Positions 13,659-25,900 of a DNA stretch of 64,000 bases are shown here, piece after piece. Made by a program: the position numbers and the translations under genes. Below the pieces are notes generated by a model. That model had not been told where the DNA came from. It did not search any database and saw nothing but the letters and a program-made list of their open reading frames with translations. The stretch is from Antedon mediterranea (taxonomy: Eukaryota > Animalia > Echinodermata), in the NCBI RefSeq assembly GCF_964355755.1, contig NC_092675.1, positions 1,607,812 to 1,671,811 on the forward strand, read 5' to 3'. Each line of letters begins with the position of its first letter. Position 1 is the stretch's first letter.

Positions 13659-16099
13659 TAAGATAAAAGTTGATTTATATAATAGGGTGGCTCGTTTGGA
13701 AATGTTCTTATTCTGGTTTTCTCTGAAGAAATGTCATCAAATCAATGGAAGATGCTACTGTACTATATAAACTGAATTATGTACATAATAGTATATAAAC
13801 TGAATTACTAAAACCTGTATACAAATATATAATAGTACAGTACACATCTTGTACTAATGACATTTGTGTATCGGCAGCAAAGTGAAGTATTGTTCAACAA
13901 GTGTGATACTGAACTGTATGAATAAAGCTGCATAATTATAATATAATGCTGCATTTTCTATAATTCTCAAGGAAGTGTCAAATAATTAAATAACTTAGTG
14001 ATTAAATTTGATTAAAACCTTGTAATAACAGTGCCTTGAAAATAGCTTTTTTTTTCTTTTATTTTTTTTAATTGTTAAGTAAGTAGGTAGTAAACTAGGT
14101 ACTAAATAAGTGGAGGGAGGTTTGTATGTATATAGTACCTCTCCCTTGTTATACTTAAGTTGTGAGTAACACCATGATCAGGTATACGCCTATTTGTGCA
14201 CGTTAAATGCAGGTTGAATTCCTTTCATTTCAAATCATTGTATGCATGGTTTTCAAACACAGTTAGTGTCACTATCACAAGTCTTAGTGTGTGCTCTTGT
14301 GCCAAATAAACAATTTATGGTTACTTAAAATTTGAATTATGGTTAATAACTTGTAAAAATATGTTTATGTTTATCGTAACAATTGTTAATATGATATAGG
14401 ATCATAATAATTGACCTGTACTACTTAATTCTTTTTTGAATAATAATTTTGTAGTTAATTATTTACAATTACGGTACTGCCAATTTTGTTTTAACTATGG
14501 TATACTAAAGGCAGTTCCAATTAAGGCACATAGCAAATACCTCAATAATTATAATGGGTACAATAAAGAAGTATGACACATTTAGTATGTAATATTTTAA
14601 TAAATAATAATGATTACATTGACACATTTATCAATTAATTTAGTATATTTATTGATATGTGCCATATAGAAGTTGATAATTTCTGTTGACGTTAAAATGT
14701 CTGGTATGTTTAAATCTAAATGTTTAGACAATATTAGCCTAGTGCTGGTAGATCTTTGTGGTCCAAGTAAAAAGAAGTACGATAGTTTTATTGACACCCC
14801 TCCATTTTAATTGGTAGAATCCTTTAAGAGGGATAATTTTGTTAACAGAATTTCTCATTTGCAATTTTGATTATTAATGCCTTGAAAATATACATGAATA
14901 TTTATATGCCTTGAAATCTGTCCAATCAACAAATTTTATGCACATGATTATGCATTCAACTTATAAATATGCATTGTCTAGTTATGAATTAACATTTTCA
15001 ATAATGAATATGCATTGTAAGTCTACAAATACCGTCCAATATATTTTGTCATGGGTTTTGTATTTGTGTTGGTAGTATGGAAAACTATTTTAAACTTTCC
15101 ATAGTTAAGCAATGCAAGACTATAAATGAATTGTAAATACAGTCAACTCTCCCTAACAGTGAAATACTCCTAAAATGATAATTTGTACAAATCATTTATT
15201 TTATTTTCTTATTTTGTGGAGTTTACTGACATGTTTAGTTTCGACATTACATGTTTAGTTTAAACTGTAAACTGTTTAGAGTTGGCTGTAAATGTATCAA
15301 GTTAGTAATTATGTAGGTGTGCAAATGCTTAGTAATTGCTTAAAGTTCAGAGGTGAATTCAAGAATTATCCAATTGTAACATGGCTTGCAGAATTAAAGA
15401 AATATGAAATGTATGAAGCAAGTTATTAATATTATTCATGAATGTGCCCGATTCATTTTTATTTACAAAAACACTTTTTATTCGAAAATGTGTTCTAGGA
15501 AATAGTTGGTATAATTTGTAAATTTTATTTTATAAAAACATTTAGTGTTTCTCTAAATGTTTATATGTAAAGTATATGTAAATAAGCTGTATATGATGTA
15601 CAAGGAAAATAAGTTTGTACTATACAATCAGTCAGTTATCACTTAGGTTTCCAAAGTCCGGAAATTATTGTTTGAAATTATTAAGTATGAGATGAGTACA
15701 GTAAAGCAAACAAATGGACATAACAAGTAAATTCTGTATGGAAGGAGGTGGAACATAATACAGTATAGGAAGTATTTAATTTTAAATGAAAATTTAAGGT
15801 TTGATGAATAAAATCTTTTGATTTAACCTTTATATTGAAATTATATTACTCTGTTATGATGGTTTATCTTGACTTATAAAAACAATTATGACAATCGAAA
15901 GCAAATTTGCAAACAAAAGAAAATAAGATTTTATTTAATGTTTGCATCAAGTGTTATGTTGTAATAAATTTACTGTGCTTATAAATAAAGAAATTACAAT
16001 TGAAAGGCTACAAGTGAGATTATGTGGGAATATGCCGGCTTCCGGGCATGTGCTGATCTGCTATTGTTGCTTGTGGTACTGCAGCAGGTATGCATTTTT

Positions 16100-16310
16100 G
16101 TTGCTGCTTTCTATTCTATACAAGTTTTTATATGGTGCCCTACAAAGAACAGATTAATTAAAAAGAAAAGGTTTAAATAGAGGTGCCGAATTCGCTCCTC
16201 TCAAATCGACAGGAAGCGTTTTCCAGATCCGCGGAGCGGTGACAGAAGAAGCATTGTCACCAGCTTTCAGATTAGATCGTGGAACGAAAAGTCGGGTGGG
16301 ATAATTAAAT
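16100..16310 (-). mobile_element. L2-like LINE 3' fragment
   Basis: Peptide LFVPRSNLKAGDNASSVTAPRIWKTLPVDLRGANSAPLFK. Confidence 0.7.
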
Positions 16311-16870
16311 CCACCTTTGCTTGTTGATTGCATAGGTTTATTATATGGGTTAAACATAACTGAAAACAATTACTGTATTTTCAAAACACATTATCGCACA
16401 ATGTCCATGATAGGTATAGTGGAATAGTATGTGTAGTCCTAAATCATTTGAAATAAAATTATATTTTGAAAACCAAACCAAGTATACTGCATTAATAGCC
16501 TGATAAAGCCAACAGTAGGCTACTATTAGTATAGTATATAGTAGCCTTTCGTCTGATATAACGTTACTTCAAACATCATTATTTCAAACATCATTATACA
16601 TGCACGTTACATTGGACCGTCACCATTTTCCTGAAAATTGTAAATGCGGAACACAAAAAATAGAGCTGCTCGGAAATAGCATATAGTTATACTGTACATT
16701 GATATATGAAACGAAATTATAAGTCTACAGAATCGGCCCAACATGGTTGGGATTGAGCTAAGAATATTTTGATAGAGTTGCTAGGTCCCCAGAAATTGGA
16801 TTATAAATATGAAACAAAATATGTAAGTCTCCAGGACCTACCATGGTTGAGGCTGAGCAAAGACTTTGCC

Positions 16871-17641
16871 TTTTTAGTCGCGTGGAAGCGACTCTATAGT
16901 TCACTAAGTCGGTCGGTCGGTCTGTCTGTCTGTCTGTCTGTCTGTCGGTCCGGTATCACTATGCGTTTTATCGCTTTATGACCTTATCTTGATATCAGTT
17001 TAATCTAGCTAAGTCAATTTTTCACAGAATATTCCTTATGGCCAGGAATCGATGTGGTTATGTTTTCACGGTGCGCAATAAAAAATTACGCGGTCTACGC
17101 ACGATTTAACGAAATCACGTTTGTAATCATATCTTAACAACCATGAATCACAATTAAATAAAATTTGGTACTCATAAATTTCAGGGCATAAATCATCATA
17201 TGGCAATACAATTACGTGCGTAGCGCATGTAACGCATGCGTACGCGCGCTTAAAATTTTCAAAATTTATTTTCGATGAAATAAGAGTACGTTTCAGGCAA
17301 TTTTAAGCGTTTACAAAATTGCCATGAGTGCGCAGATTTTTGCGCGCGCACTGCGCGTTAAATGTTATTGCGAACACTTTTTGCCCGATTTCTGTTTTCT
17401 TGAATTACTTTTCAACTCGAAATTACGTTATACGAGCACGTCAAATGTGACAGGCTACGCACGTGTAAATTAAAAAAATATAAATGTTTTTAAACATTTC
17501 AACATTTTTAAACATGTTCAGTAATTTCGGTCAGTATAGTTCACTCGGTCGGTCGGTCCGTCTGTCTGTCGTCTGTCTGTCTGTCGGTCTGTTTGTCTGT
17601 CGGTCCGGTATCACTATGCATTGTAGCATGCGGCCTTGTTT
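16871..17641 (+). mobile_element. Non-autonomous Helentron/DINE-1-like (HINE) element
   Basis: T-run termini, 5' hairpin AGTCGC-GTGGAA-GCGACT, (GTCY)n microsatellite, an internally duplicated block (about 16895-16964 and 17535-17619), a decayed inverted copy of the 5' motif near the 3' end (GCATGCGGC), CpG-rich body. Confidence 0.65.
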
Positions 17642-19024
17642 AAATTTCTGGTGGTAACTTGATTTTGGTGGCTCATTTAGACCTGACATCTGAAATGTGG
17701 GGACAACCTCAAAATTCTTCTTCGGGGCACGTGCCTGCTTCTGGTATTCTGATATGCTATCCCTCTTGTCCGGCTTTCTTTCCCATCCGGTGTATATAGG
17801 TAATTGTTGTACCCGTTCAACAGCATAATCCATAAAAGGATCAATGCTTGGTTGATCCCCATAATCGTAGACTGGCTGTATATGAATATCAGGTTTGATG
17901 CGAGTTGCATTTTCATCGATACATACCTGTATAGCTAGTTTTCCGGTACTAACGGATCCAATATTACATTGCTTGATTGTGTCAATATTTGCTTTCTTCT
18001 CAGTAAAATAAATTTGCCCATTATCATTTGGTTCTACATTTGGTAAATCATTAATCCTTGTCTGTACAGCTTTAATAGCAGAACTGCTTGATTGCATGGC
18101 CATAGCTTCATTACTGGTTAATAACTGATCCACCAATTTTAACTTCTGATTTACCTCATCCACAATTGACGTTAACTCGCGCGTTTGTTGTTCGGACACT
18201 TCTTTCTTTTTTTTAAATTCCCTCTCCACTTCATTTTTAAATTCTTTTTCCTTATTCTTAATGCTAGTGATTAGTGATTCTGTACATTTTTCGATATCTG
18301 TCAAACATTTGAGCTTGCATTGGTCCAATTTCGAAGAATTTGCTAGAACATTTTCAAGACCTTTTTGTAAAGTTTTTTTGGATGCATCTGCAGCTTGTTT
18401 GACATCAATGGCAGTTTTTCTAAAGTTACCGAATGCTTCAGAAAGGTTGATAAGTTTATGATTATTGTCTTGTGTCACACTGTGATCAATAATAGCACAA
18501 TGCATGCAAATTGGTATTTCACACCCTGTACAAAAAAACTGCAATTTTTCATTATGTTGAGAGCAACAAGGAGGATGCAGAGCTGCAATCTGTTGTGGAC
18601 TCATTTCCAAGATTTCCTGCTTTGGACAAAGCTTGTGTTTTGCAGAAACAGGAATTTTCACATGATAATCTTTACAAGATTTGCATAAATACATTCTACA
18701 ATCTATGCAGTAATACTCTGTCTGCACGCTTTTTTCACAAATACACTCCATTTCTTTGCCTTCTTCAACTTGTTCAACGATTTCTAATAAGTCATTCAAG
18801 AAGGTATTAGGTGGTAAAGATTCAATTGCATCTACTGATGTTGAATATGCTCTCAAGCAAATTGGACATGATAAGCTGCCCTTTTCTTGTATCCACTTTT
18901 GTAAGCATTCTTTACAGAAATTGTGAAGACAGGTGAGTGTTTTTGGTTCTTTGAGTCGCTTAAGACATATTGGACATTCCAATATTTTCTGATCAAGGTC
19001 ATCCAAGAATCTATTTAGTGCCAT
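17531..19024 (-). CDS. Intronless tripartite-motif (RING, two B-boxes, coiled coil) E3 ligase, TRIM56/TRIM2-3-like, 497 aa, no recognisable C-terminal NHL/filamin domain
   Basis: Single ORF: C3HC4 RING (CPICLKRLKEPKTLTCLHNFCKECL...CPIC), B-box1 (CIDCRMYLCKSCKDYH...H), B-box2 (CSQH...FFCTGCEIPICMHCAIIDH), long helical region. The last 36 codons lie in an inserted repeat. Confidence 0.88.
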   Translation of the reverse strand: MALNRFLDDLDQKILECPICLKRLKEPKTLTCLHNFCKECLQKWIQEKGSLSCPICLRAYSTSVDAIESLPPNTFLNDLLEIVEQVEEGKEMECICEKSVQTEYYCIDCRMYLCKSCKDYHVKIPVSAKHKLCPKQEILEMSPQQIAALHPPCCSQHNEKLQFFCTGCEIPICMHCAIIDHSVTQDNNHKLINLSEAFGNFRKTAIDVKQAADASKKTLQKGLENVLANSSKLDQCKLKCLTDIEKCTESLITSIKNKEKEFKNEVEREFKKKKEVSEQQTRELTSIVDEVNQKLKLVDQLLTSNEAMAMQSSSSAIKAVQTRINDLPNVEPNDNGQIYFTEKKANIDTIKQCNIGSVSTGKLAIQVCIDENATRIKPDIHIQPVYDYGDQPSIDPFMDYAVERVQQLPIYTGWERKPDKRDSISEYQKQARAPKKNFEVVPTFQMSGLNEPPKSSYHQKFKQGRMLQCIVIPDRQTNRPTDRQTTDRRTDRPSELY

Positions 19025-19216
19025 CGTTCAACCAGTACCTTCAATACCTTTGATGATTAATTACCAAGTCCTAATTATAGAGGCTTTATATATACGGTAC
19101 TTTCAATTGTCATTGCGCCCTCATCGACTGGTCCGTTTAGCGTGTGACGTGTGTGCGTTGAGGAGGAGAGCTAGCTGCTGGGGTAGCATCGGTGGATTTT
19201 TGTGCTCGTTGTAAGT
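19025..19216. promoter_or_regulatory. Candidate bidirectional promoter between the TRIM gene (-) and hnRNP F/H (+)
   Basis: TATATATAAAG on the minus strand at about 19084-19094, about 60 bp upstream of the TRIM ATG. CpG-rich 19110-19210 with TGACGT and a donor GTAAGT at 19211, consistent with a non-coding first exon of hnRNP F/H. Confidence 0.55.
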
Positions 19217-19661
19217 GGTTATAAATTTAGTATAATTTATCATAAATATAATGGAAAATATGCATTTATTTATTGATATTGTATAATAATAAGAATTTGA
19301 GATCAGGAATTTATTATTTATTGTATTTTTTATTAAGTATATCCTTGTTTTTGAAGGGCTAGAATTGTTCTCTTCGACTGTACTTTGTTTAGGCTTACTG
19401 TGTAGTAGCCTATGCGTGGCGTAGACAAGCCACTGCTGACACTGCAACCTCGCCTAGTTAGCTAGATTAGACTGCATGGTTGTTAGAAGACAGTCGAAAC
19501 AAACAGATAGTTTTCAATTTAAGATGAAAAAGTCTATGATATGAGGGCCTAGTCCCTAGTTATGTAAATTCATAATTAAATTTTTGCCAACACAGAAATG
19601 TTTTGTTATACATATTTTAAATAAATGGCACATAAAATAAGGTTTATCTTAAATAGCATAA

Positions 19662-19770
19662 GCGATGCATGATGGGAAGGAATTGGGATCAATAGCACCC
19701 CACCACCAGTATATAAAGTTTTATTATAAGGTGGCGCTATTGCTCCCAATCCCTTCCCATCATGCATTGT
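19662..19770. mobile_element. Foldback/hairpin MITE
   Basis: Imperfect inverted arms of about 35 bp: ATGCATGATGGGAAGGAATTGGGATCAATAGCACC / GGCGCTATTGCTCCCAATCCCTTCCCATCATGCAT. Confidence 0.65.
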
Positions 19771-19926
19771 GCAATGACGTTCCTCGTGAAATCAAGCTAT
19801 TTGCGATAAACCTTATTCTCGTTTTTAAAAAAATGTTATGTTTGACTTTGTTTATGAAAAAGAGAAAATATAACTGATACAAATATTTATTTTCCTATTA
19901 ATAACAAGATTTTAACTGATATTTTG

Positions 19927-22900
19927 ATGGCAGACTCACAATTACTGAGTGATCAATATCTTGATCAAAAACCAGATATGGGTGAAGAAGGCTTTGTGAT
20001 TCGTGCTCGTGGCCTCCCATGGGCGTCCACGATAGATGATGTTCTCAGTTTCTTTGAAGGTATACACTCTATTACACAACACAAGCAGTGAAACTCAATC
20101 ACTAATTATAAAGCTATTATTTAGACATTATTAAAAGACAAACATTTGGGGTAATCAATCATACTTTTGCAGCTCCATTTCTTTGGAACACACTTCTTGA
20201 ACCTGTTAAATCTTTAAATTCATTGAACGTCTTGCTTAAGACCTTTATCATCAGCTCAGACTTTGACTTTACTACATGATTGCATTCATTGCATTGTTTT
20301 ATTATTGAGCATCTACTTTGTGATGGAAACCAAGGCAATATAAGATTATTTAAACTGCTTTATTTGATTTATTATATACTTTCATGACAAAATATTTTTA
20401 GTATGTGATTCAATGTATGTCATTTCATATTTTTCAAGTGAAAAACTAAAATGAAGAACTACAATTACAGAATGATGTTCATTCTGATAAATTCTGTGAA
20501 TTTGTATTAAATGTAAAATTCTATAATCTTTAACCTCTTGTGCTCAGACTATGTAATATCATTTAATTAAATACCAATTGTTTATATGTGCAATAAAAGT
20601 GGGCTGTACCCACAAAAGAGAAAAAAAGGATTGTTGTTTGACAATGAAATATTTCTTCATTATCTGTAAATTGATAATTCAAATTGAATGGAGTTTGTTA
20701 TGAATGCTTTTTTCGTTTGCAGGTTCTGCAATTGTAGGTGGCAAGGAAGGAGTGAAATATACTTTCACGCCAGAAGGTCGTTTTAGTGGAGAGTGCTTTG
20801 TTGAATTTGAGAGTGATGCTGATGTAGAGGAGGCGTTGAAGAAGCATAACAACTCAATGGGAAAGCGCTACATTGAAGGTGCGTTTCATTACACTAGATG
20901 CAAGAAACTTTGTTTGACTTCGTAAAAAAAAAGAAAAAAAGTCAGTTGTCAGAAAATCCGATTACAAAATACGTATTCGTAAAAAAGACTAGAAAACGAC
21001 AAAAAGTGTAAAAGTATAAAACAGTAACATCTTTTTATATATCAGTACCAGCTAATTTGTCGCTGGGCTTAGATGTTTGATTTTTAGCCAGTTGTAACTC
21101 TCAAAATTGATTCTATTTGGTCCATACACATTTAAAATTTAAATCAATTAAAGATTTCTATATCATGAAACGATTTGCACAAATACACTAGGTCATCTTG
21201 GAAATATCTGATCCACAACCTAACGATGGGTTCCCACTAGAACGTAATGCAAGTACGTAAGCGTAACTCTAGTAATTTGACCAATCACAAGCATTAGATA
21301 TTTCGAACTATCGCTTGTTATGGTCAACTCGCTTGTGTTGGGCTTGCATAGTGGTAACCAAGCATTACCAAAGCAGCCCAGTTGTAGACTACTCAGTGTA
21401 TTGGCTTAAACTAGCCTCAAAATATTTGTTGTTGTTACTGTACTCTTTATTGTAAATACTATTCTGCAACAGTTGATATGTTTTTAGGTTTGTCTTTTTT
21501 GTTGGGGATTTTAAATAAGTTCTTTCTTTAAACAACATTTTTATCATTTCCTTGTATTCCTGCAAAACTGTTTATTTAATTTTGTTAATAATTCTTGGTC
21601 TGTATTTTGTAATAGTTTTTCGTTCAAAAAAGAGCGAGATGGATTGGGTAACAAAGAGAAGTGGTGTTCACTCCTTAAAAGACAATGATGGTTGTCTCAG
21701 GCTCAGAGGACTTCCGTTTGGTTGTTCTAAGGAAGAAATTGCCCAGTTCTTTCAAGGTATGTTCACAATATATCACTACTTTCATATGATGATGTTTTTC
21801 TTTAAATTGACGACTATACCACATTGATCAGGTAGTGATAGAAAGATCATGATAATGGATGAAGACATCTTGTGCTGACTGACAGACGTTGCAACTAAAA
21901 ATTTCTTTTTGACTGATGTTTGTTGACTAATTAATACAGTATGTTGTCTTATTTATTCAACCTCTAAGGTAAAACCACAGTTATTGTAGTGCTGCCAGCA
22001 TAAAGTAAAAGTCGATATTTTTACTTTAACTTATCCTTATCAATGATAACAATTATTTGGTAAATTTGAAAATTTATATTATGTGTGAAATTGTACAATG
22101 TACAATTGGTAATTAATTTTGCATGATAGATGTTCAATTTTAACAATTGAAAAGATGATTGTTTATTGTTTTCATGTTTTTATAATGGGTGTATGATGTA
22201 TTTATTTCGATGGTAACCAATGACTGATTGTTCTTTCTCTGGGTTGGCCCTGAAGGGTTGGAGATCCTGGCGAATGGGATATCACTACCGACGGACTACG
22301 AGGGGCGGAGTACGGGGGAGGCTTATGTGCAATTCTCTTCCAAGGAGATTGCTGAAGATGCACTAAAGAAAAACAAGGAAAAAATTGGGCACAGGTGGGA
22401 GAACCAAGGAGGCTGGTAAAAGAGGCACATGGCCACCCAGAGGGAACCAGAGGGTGTAAACTCTTGGGAGCCGCTAGGGTGCCAGACTCTTGGGCCGTTT
22501 ATTATACTTTCTCTTTCCTTAATTTTACATCATATGGGTTTGTTGTATACAATTGTTACTGATTCAGTAGTGTGGACCGACTGCATCAAACTTGGACAGT
22601 TCAATTGACATGCGTCCGTTTCAATCGCTCAAGCAATTCAAGTATCTTTTAAAATCTCTCTTTCAATCATTCTTTATGGTCTTCTTGCGTTGTGAGACAT
22701 TAAACAGCGCTATAAAGATATTTATTATTATTAATTAATAATCTAAACAATTTTTTATTATTAACAGTTATTTAATAAATTTGGGATTACCATTTATAGT
22801 TATGTCCAAGTTTGAGCTGTCACATCCAATTATACACTTAAAATGGAAATAGTTTGAAACTACATTATCTGGATCCTTGTACACTTGTCACTAAGCTGAT

Positions 22901-25900
22901 AAACCAGTTAGCAGATTTTAGTTGCACTGAAAAAATGTTTCTAAAGATAGATATTGCTTAAATACAAAATGTAGTATATATTTGGTACAGTCAACTTTAC
23001 AAAGCCAGAACTATGTAGCAGTCCAAAATTCTTTCCTGGTAAGCACTGTATGAAATTAAATCAGATTTCACCAAGAACTTCGGGCCAGCTCAAAGAAGTC
23101 CAAAGAGACTTGATTGTATTTTGTACTTAAAATGAAAACACTTCTTTAAAAAACTAATTTATTATTTTGGTTGGTGTCTTATAAGGGTTGCTTAACAAAA
23201 ATAGCTTCTTTTTATAGGCAATACACCTTTGAAATGATTTTTATTAAGAGTAACTCAAATGTATAACTAAATCTAAACTGTAAAACTATTAGATTGCTTA
23301 CACTTGAAATATAATTACAAAACAAATTCAATTTCTAATTTTGAACTAACCGTTTTAAAATCTTAACTTATTCTTCATTTTATAACAAGTTTTTTAAGTT
23401 ATAAAAGTTTTTTTTTCACAAGTTTATTAATATTAGTTATTAGTGAGTAATCAATAATATAAGGATTATCATCAATAGAGGGTGCTGTTAAAAAAGATAA
23501 TTCAGTCATCACATATAATATTCTTTTAAATTGACTCCGTTTTTGTTTATATCAACATCTCCATAAAAATTATCCGATTATCGCTACTGTATCTATAGTT
23601 TGTACAGTAACAATTCAAAACAGTGTCACAGTTGTGTCACATGTAACGCTTGTATCATAGGCCATAAACCTATCTTTAACATGATACAGGCATCACATGT
23701 GATACACTGTATTACATGAGATACCTATATTACAGAATTTGCCAATGATACTGGACACATATGTGGAAGTACTGAGAATCAGTTGAATCAATTTGATGAC
23801 TTTATATAGGAGAATCATTTTTCTACAGCACTCTCTATATAACTGATTTCACTTGTGCTGGGATTATTAATTTATTGCTATGTTGTTTGTTTAGGTATAT
23901 TGAGATTTTTCGTAGCAACCTAGATGAAGTACGACGTTCCACAATGCCAAAACCAAGACCTCTCATGAGCATGAGACCAACACCATACAACCGATATGGT
24001 GGTGGTGGTGGAGGAGGAGGAGGAGGTATGGGGGGTGGTGGCGGTATGAGAGGTTACGGCGGAGGTGGACGCTCTGGTTTTGAGAGACGATACAGAGGAG
24101 GTGGAGGAGGGATGGATCGTAAGTTTATAATCTTTTAATTGCTGCACAGGATGAGGTCTAAAGAGCGTGAATTTTCCACTTTGCTGACACTGAGTAGAGA
24201 TCATGTGATAATTACTAAACAACTTAACCATTGAGTTTAACATTGGTTTACTAAAGAATGCAAACACAGACTCGTACAGTAAATTAATTCTCTTTTGAAA
24301 AATTCTTTCTGCAAAGTTATATTAATGAAGTTAGTTCTCGACAGATACGTTAAATAGATTTTGTTAAGCTAATGCTATTATAGGGTGTGTTCTTAACTAT
24401 AGAGGTTGTTGTTATTTACTATGATATGCTATGTTGTTAAGTATGATTAGTTATGTTATTAACTATGATACAGTAGGCTATGTTGTTAACTAGGTGATTC
24501 TTCTTTATCGTATCAAACAAAAAACAATTTCAATATAAAAGGTAGCCAAGCTAATCAAGCTTGGTACCTTTTATCTTAACTAACTAAAGCTACGAAATTA
24601 ACAAATAAATAACAAAACTTAAAAGAAAATAAAAATTTGATAACGTCAAAAACAAAACAAAAAATTTTGAATAATAAATAAATAACATAATATAAAGTGC
24701 TGTATGTACTATACTGTAATAAACAAAACCATATCAGTTCAATAGATAATATCTGATGAATTAACAATATATAAAACATTGTAAATTATAGATTATTCTT
24801 TTATATACTTAAATAAAAGTAGTTCTTTAAGTTGTTTAGATAAAGTAAATCTAGATGTAATTGTTCGTAATTCTAAAGATAAATCATTCCAAATAACAGC
24901 ACCAGAAAAAGAAATTCTAAATCGTCCACAATTAATACGACAAGGGGAAATGGCTAAATTAAAATAATGATTAATTCTTGTATTATATGCATTATCAGTA
25001 GTTTCAAAATAATCAGATAAACTATGAAAGGTTATCAGTAGCCCTTGTTTCTTATCTTGTGGAATATATTTTCACTACCAATACTTTAATTTTTGTAGGA
25101 TTTGGAGGTGGATATGATGATGATTATTATGAAGGTGGTTATGGTGGCTACGGAGGTGGCGGAAGAGGGCGCAGAGGTGGTGGAGGCGGCGGATGGGGAG
25201 GAGGTAATTTATTGGAAATAATGATAAATACTTATAGTTCCAAATTAGGGTAAATATTTAGTGCTTAGTATCTTTGATGATAGAAGATAAAATGAATTGT
25301 TCTTGTATACTTGCAGGCTATGGAGGTGGCGGTGGACGTTTTGGTGGTGGCGATCGACAAAGTTATCAGAGCTCAACAGACCATTCTGTGCGTTTAAGAG
25401 GATTGCCTTTTGAAGCCAAGGAGAAAGATGTCACCGAGGTAGAACCTTATTCTATGTGATAAAACATTTATCTGGTGTTTTGTTAGGCTAAGATCTGATG
25501 TTGTAGTCCCTTAGAGTGAGAAGTTACAAATTAAAATCAAACAGGGAATGGCTTTTTTACACCTTTTACATTGCATTAAGCTCTATCTACACTATCAAAC
25601 TCGTATGTGAAAATGTGATGTGCCCATATATGGACATGGTGATGTCATATCACTACCATATTTGGGAACATCACACATTTTTTGTCAAAATAGTTTGATA
25701 ATGTAGACGGAGCTTAATCAATCTTACAGGTTCTGTTTCATTCAGATTTATTAAATTTTGTTTGGTCGTATCAGTTTTTCAGAGGAGTTGCTACTCCTGT
25801 CCGTGTGACAATCACCGAGAAGTTTGGTCGTCCTTCTGGAGAAGCTCATGTCGACTTTGCAACCCATGAGGAAGCTCAAAGAGCTATGGCCAAGGACAAG

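Noticed and set aside
21785-21885. Second possible C/D snoRNA in an hnRNP F/H intron
   Set aside because: No terminal stem, too close to the donor, no identifiable target.
23790-23850. Possible intronic box C/D snoRNA (TTGATGA...CTGA with an internal hairpin)
   Set aside because: Too short (about 55 nt), no recognisable guide sequence; such boxes are common in AT-rich DNA.
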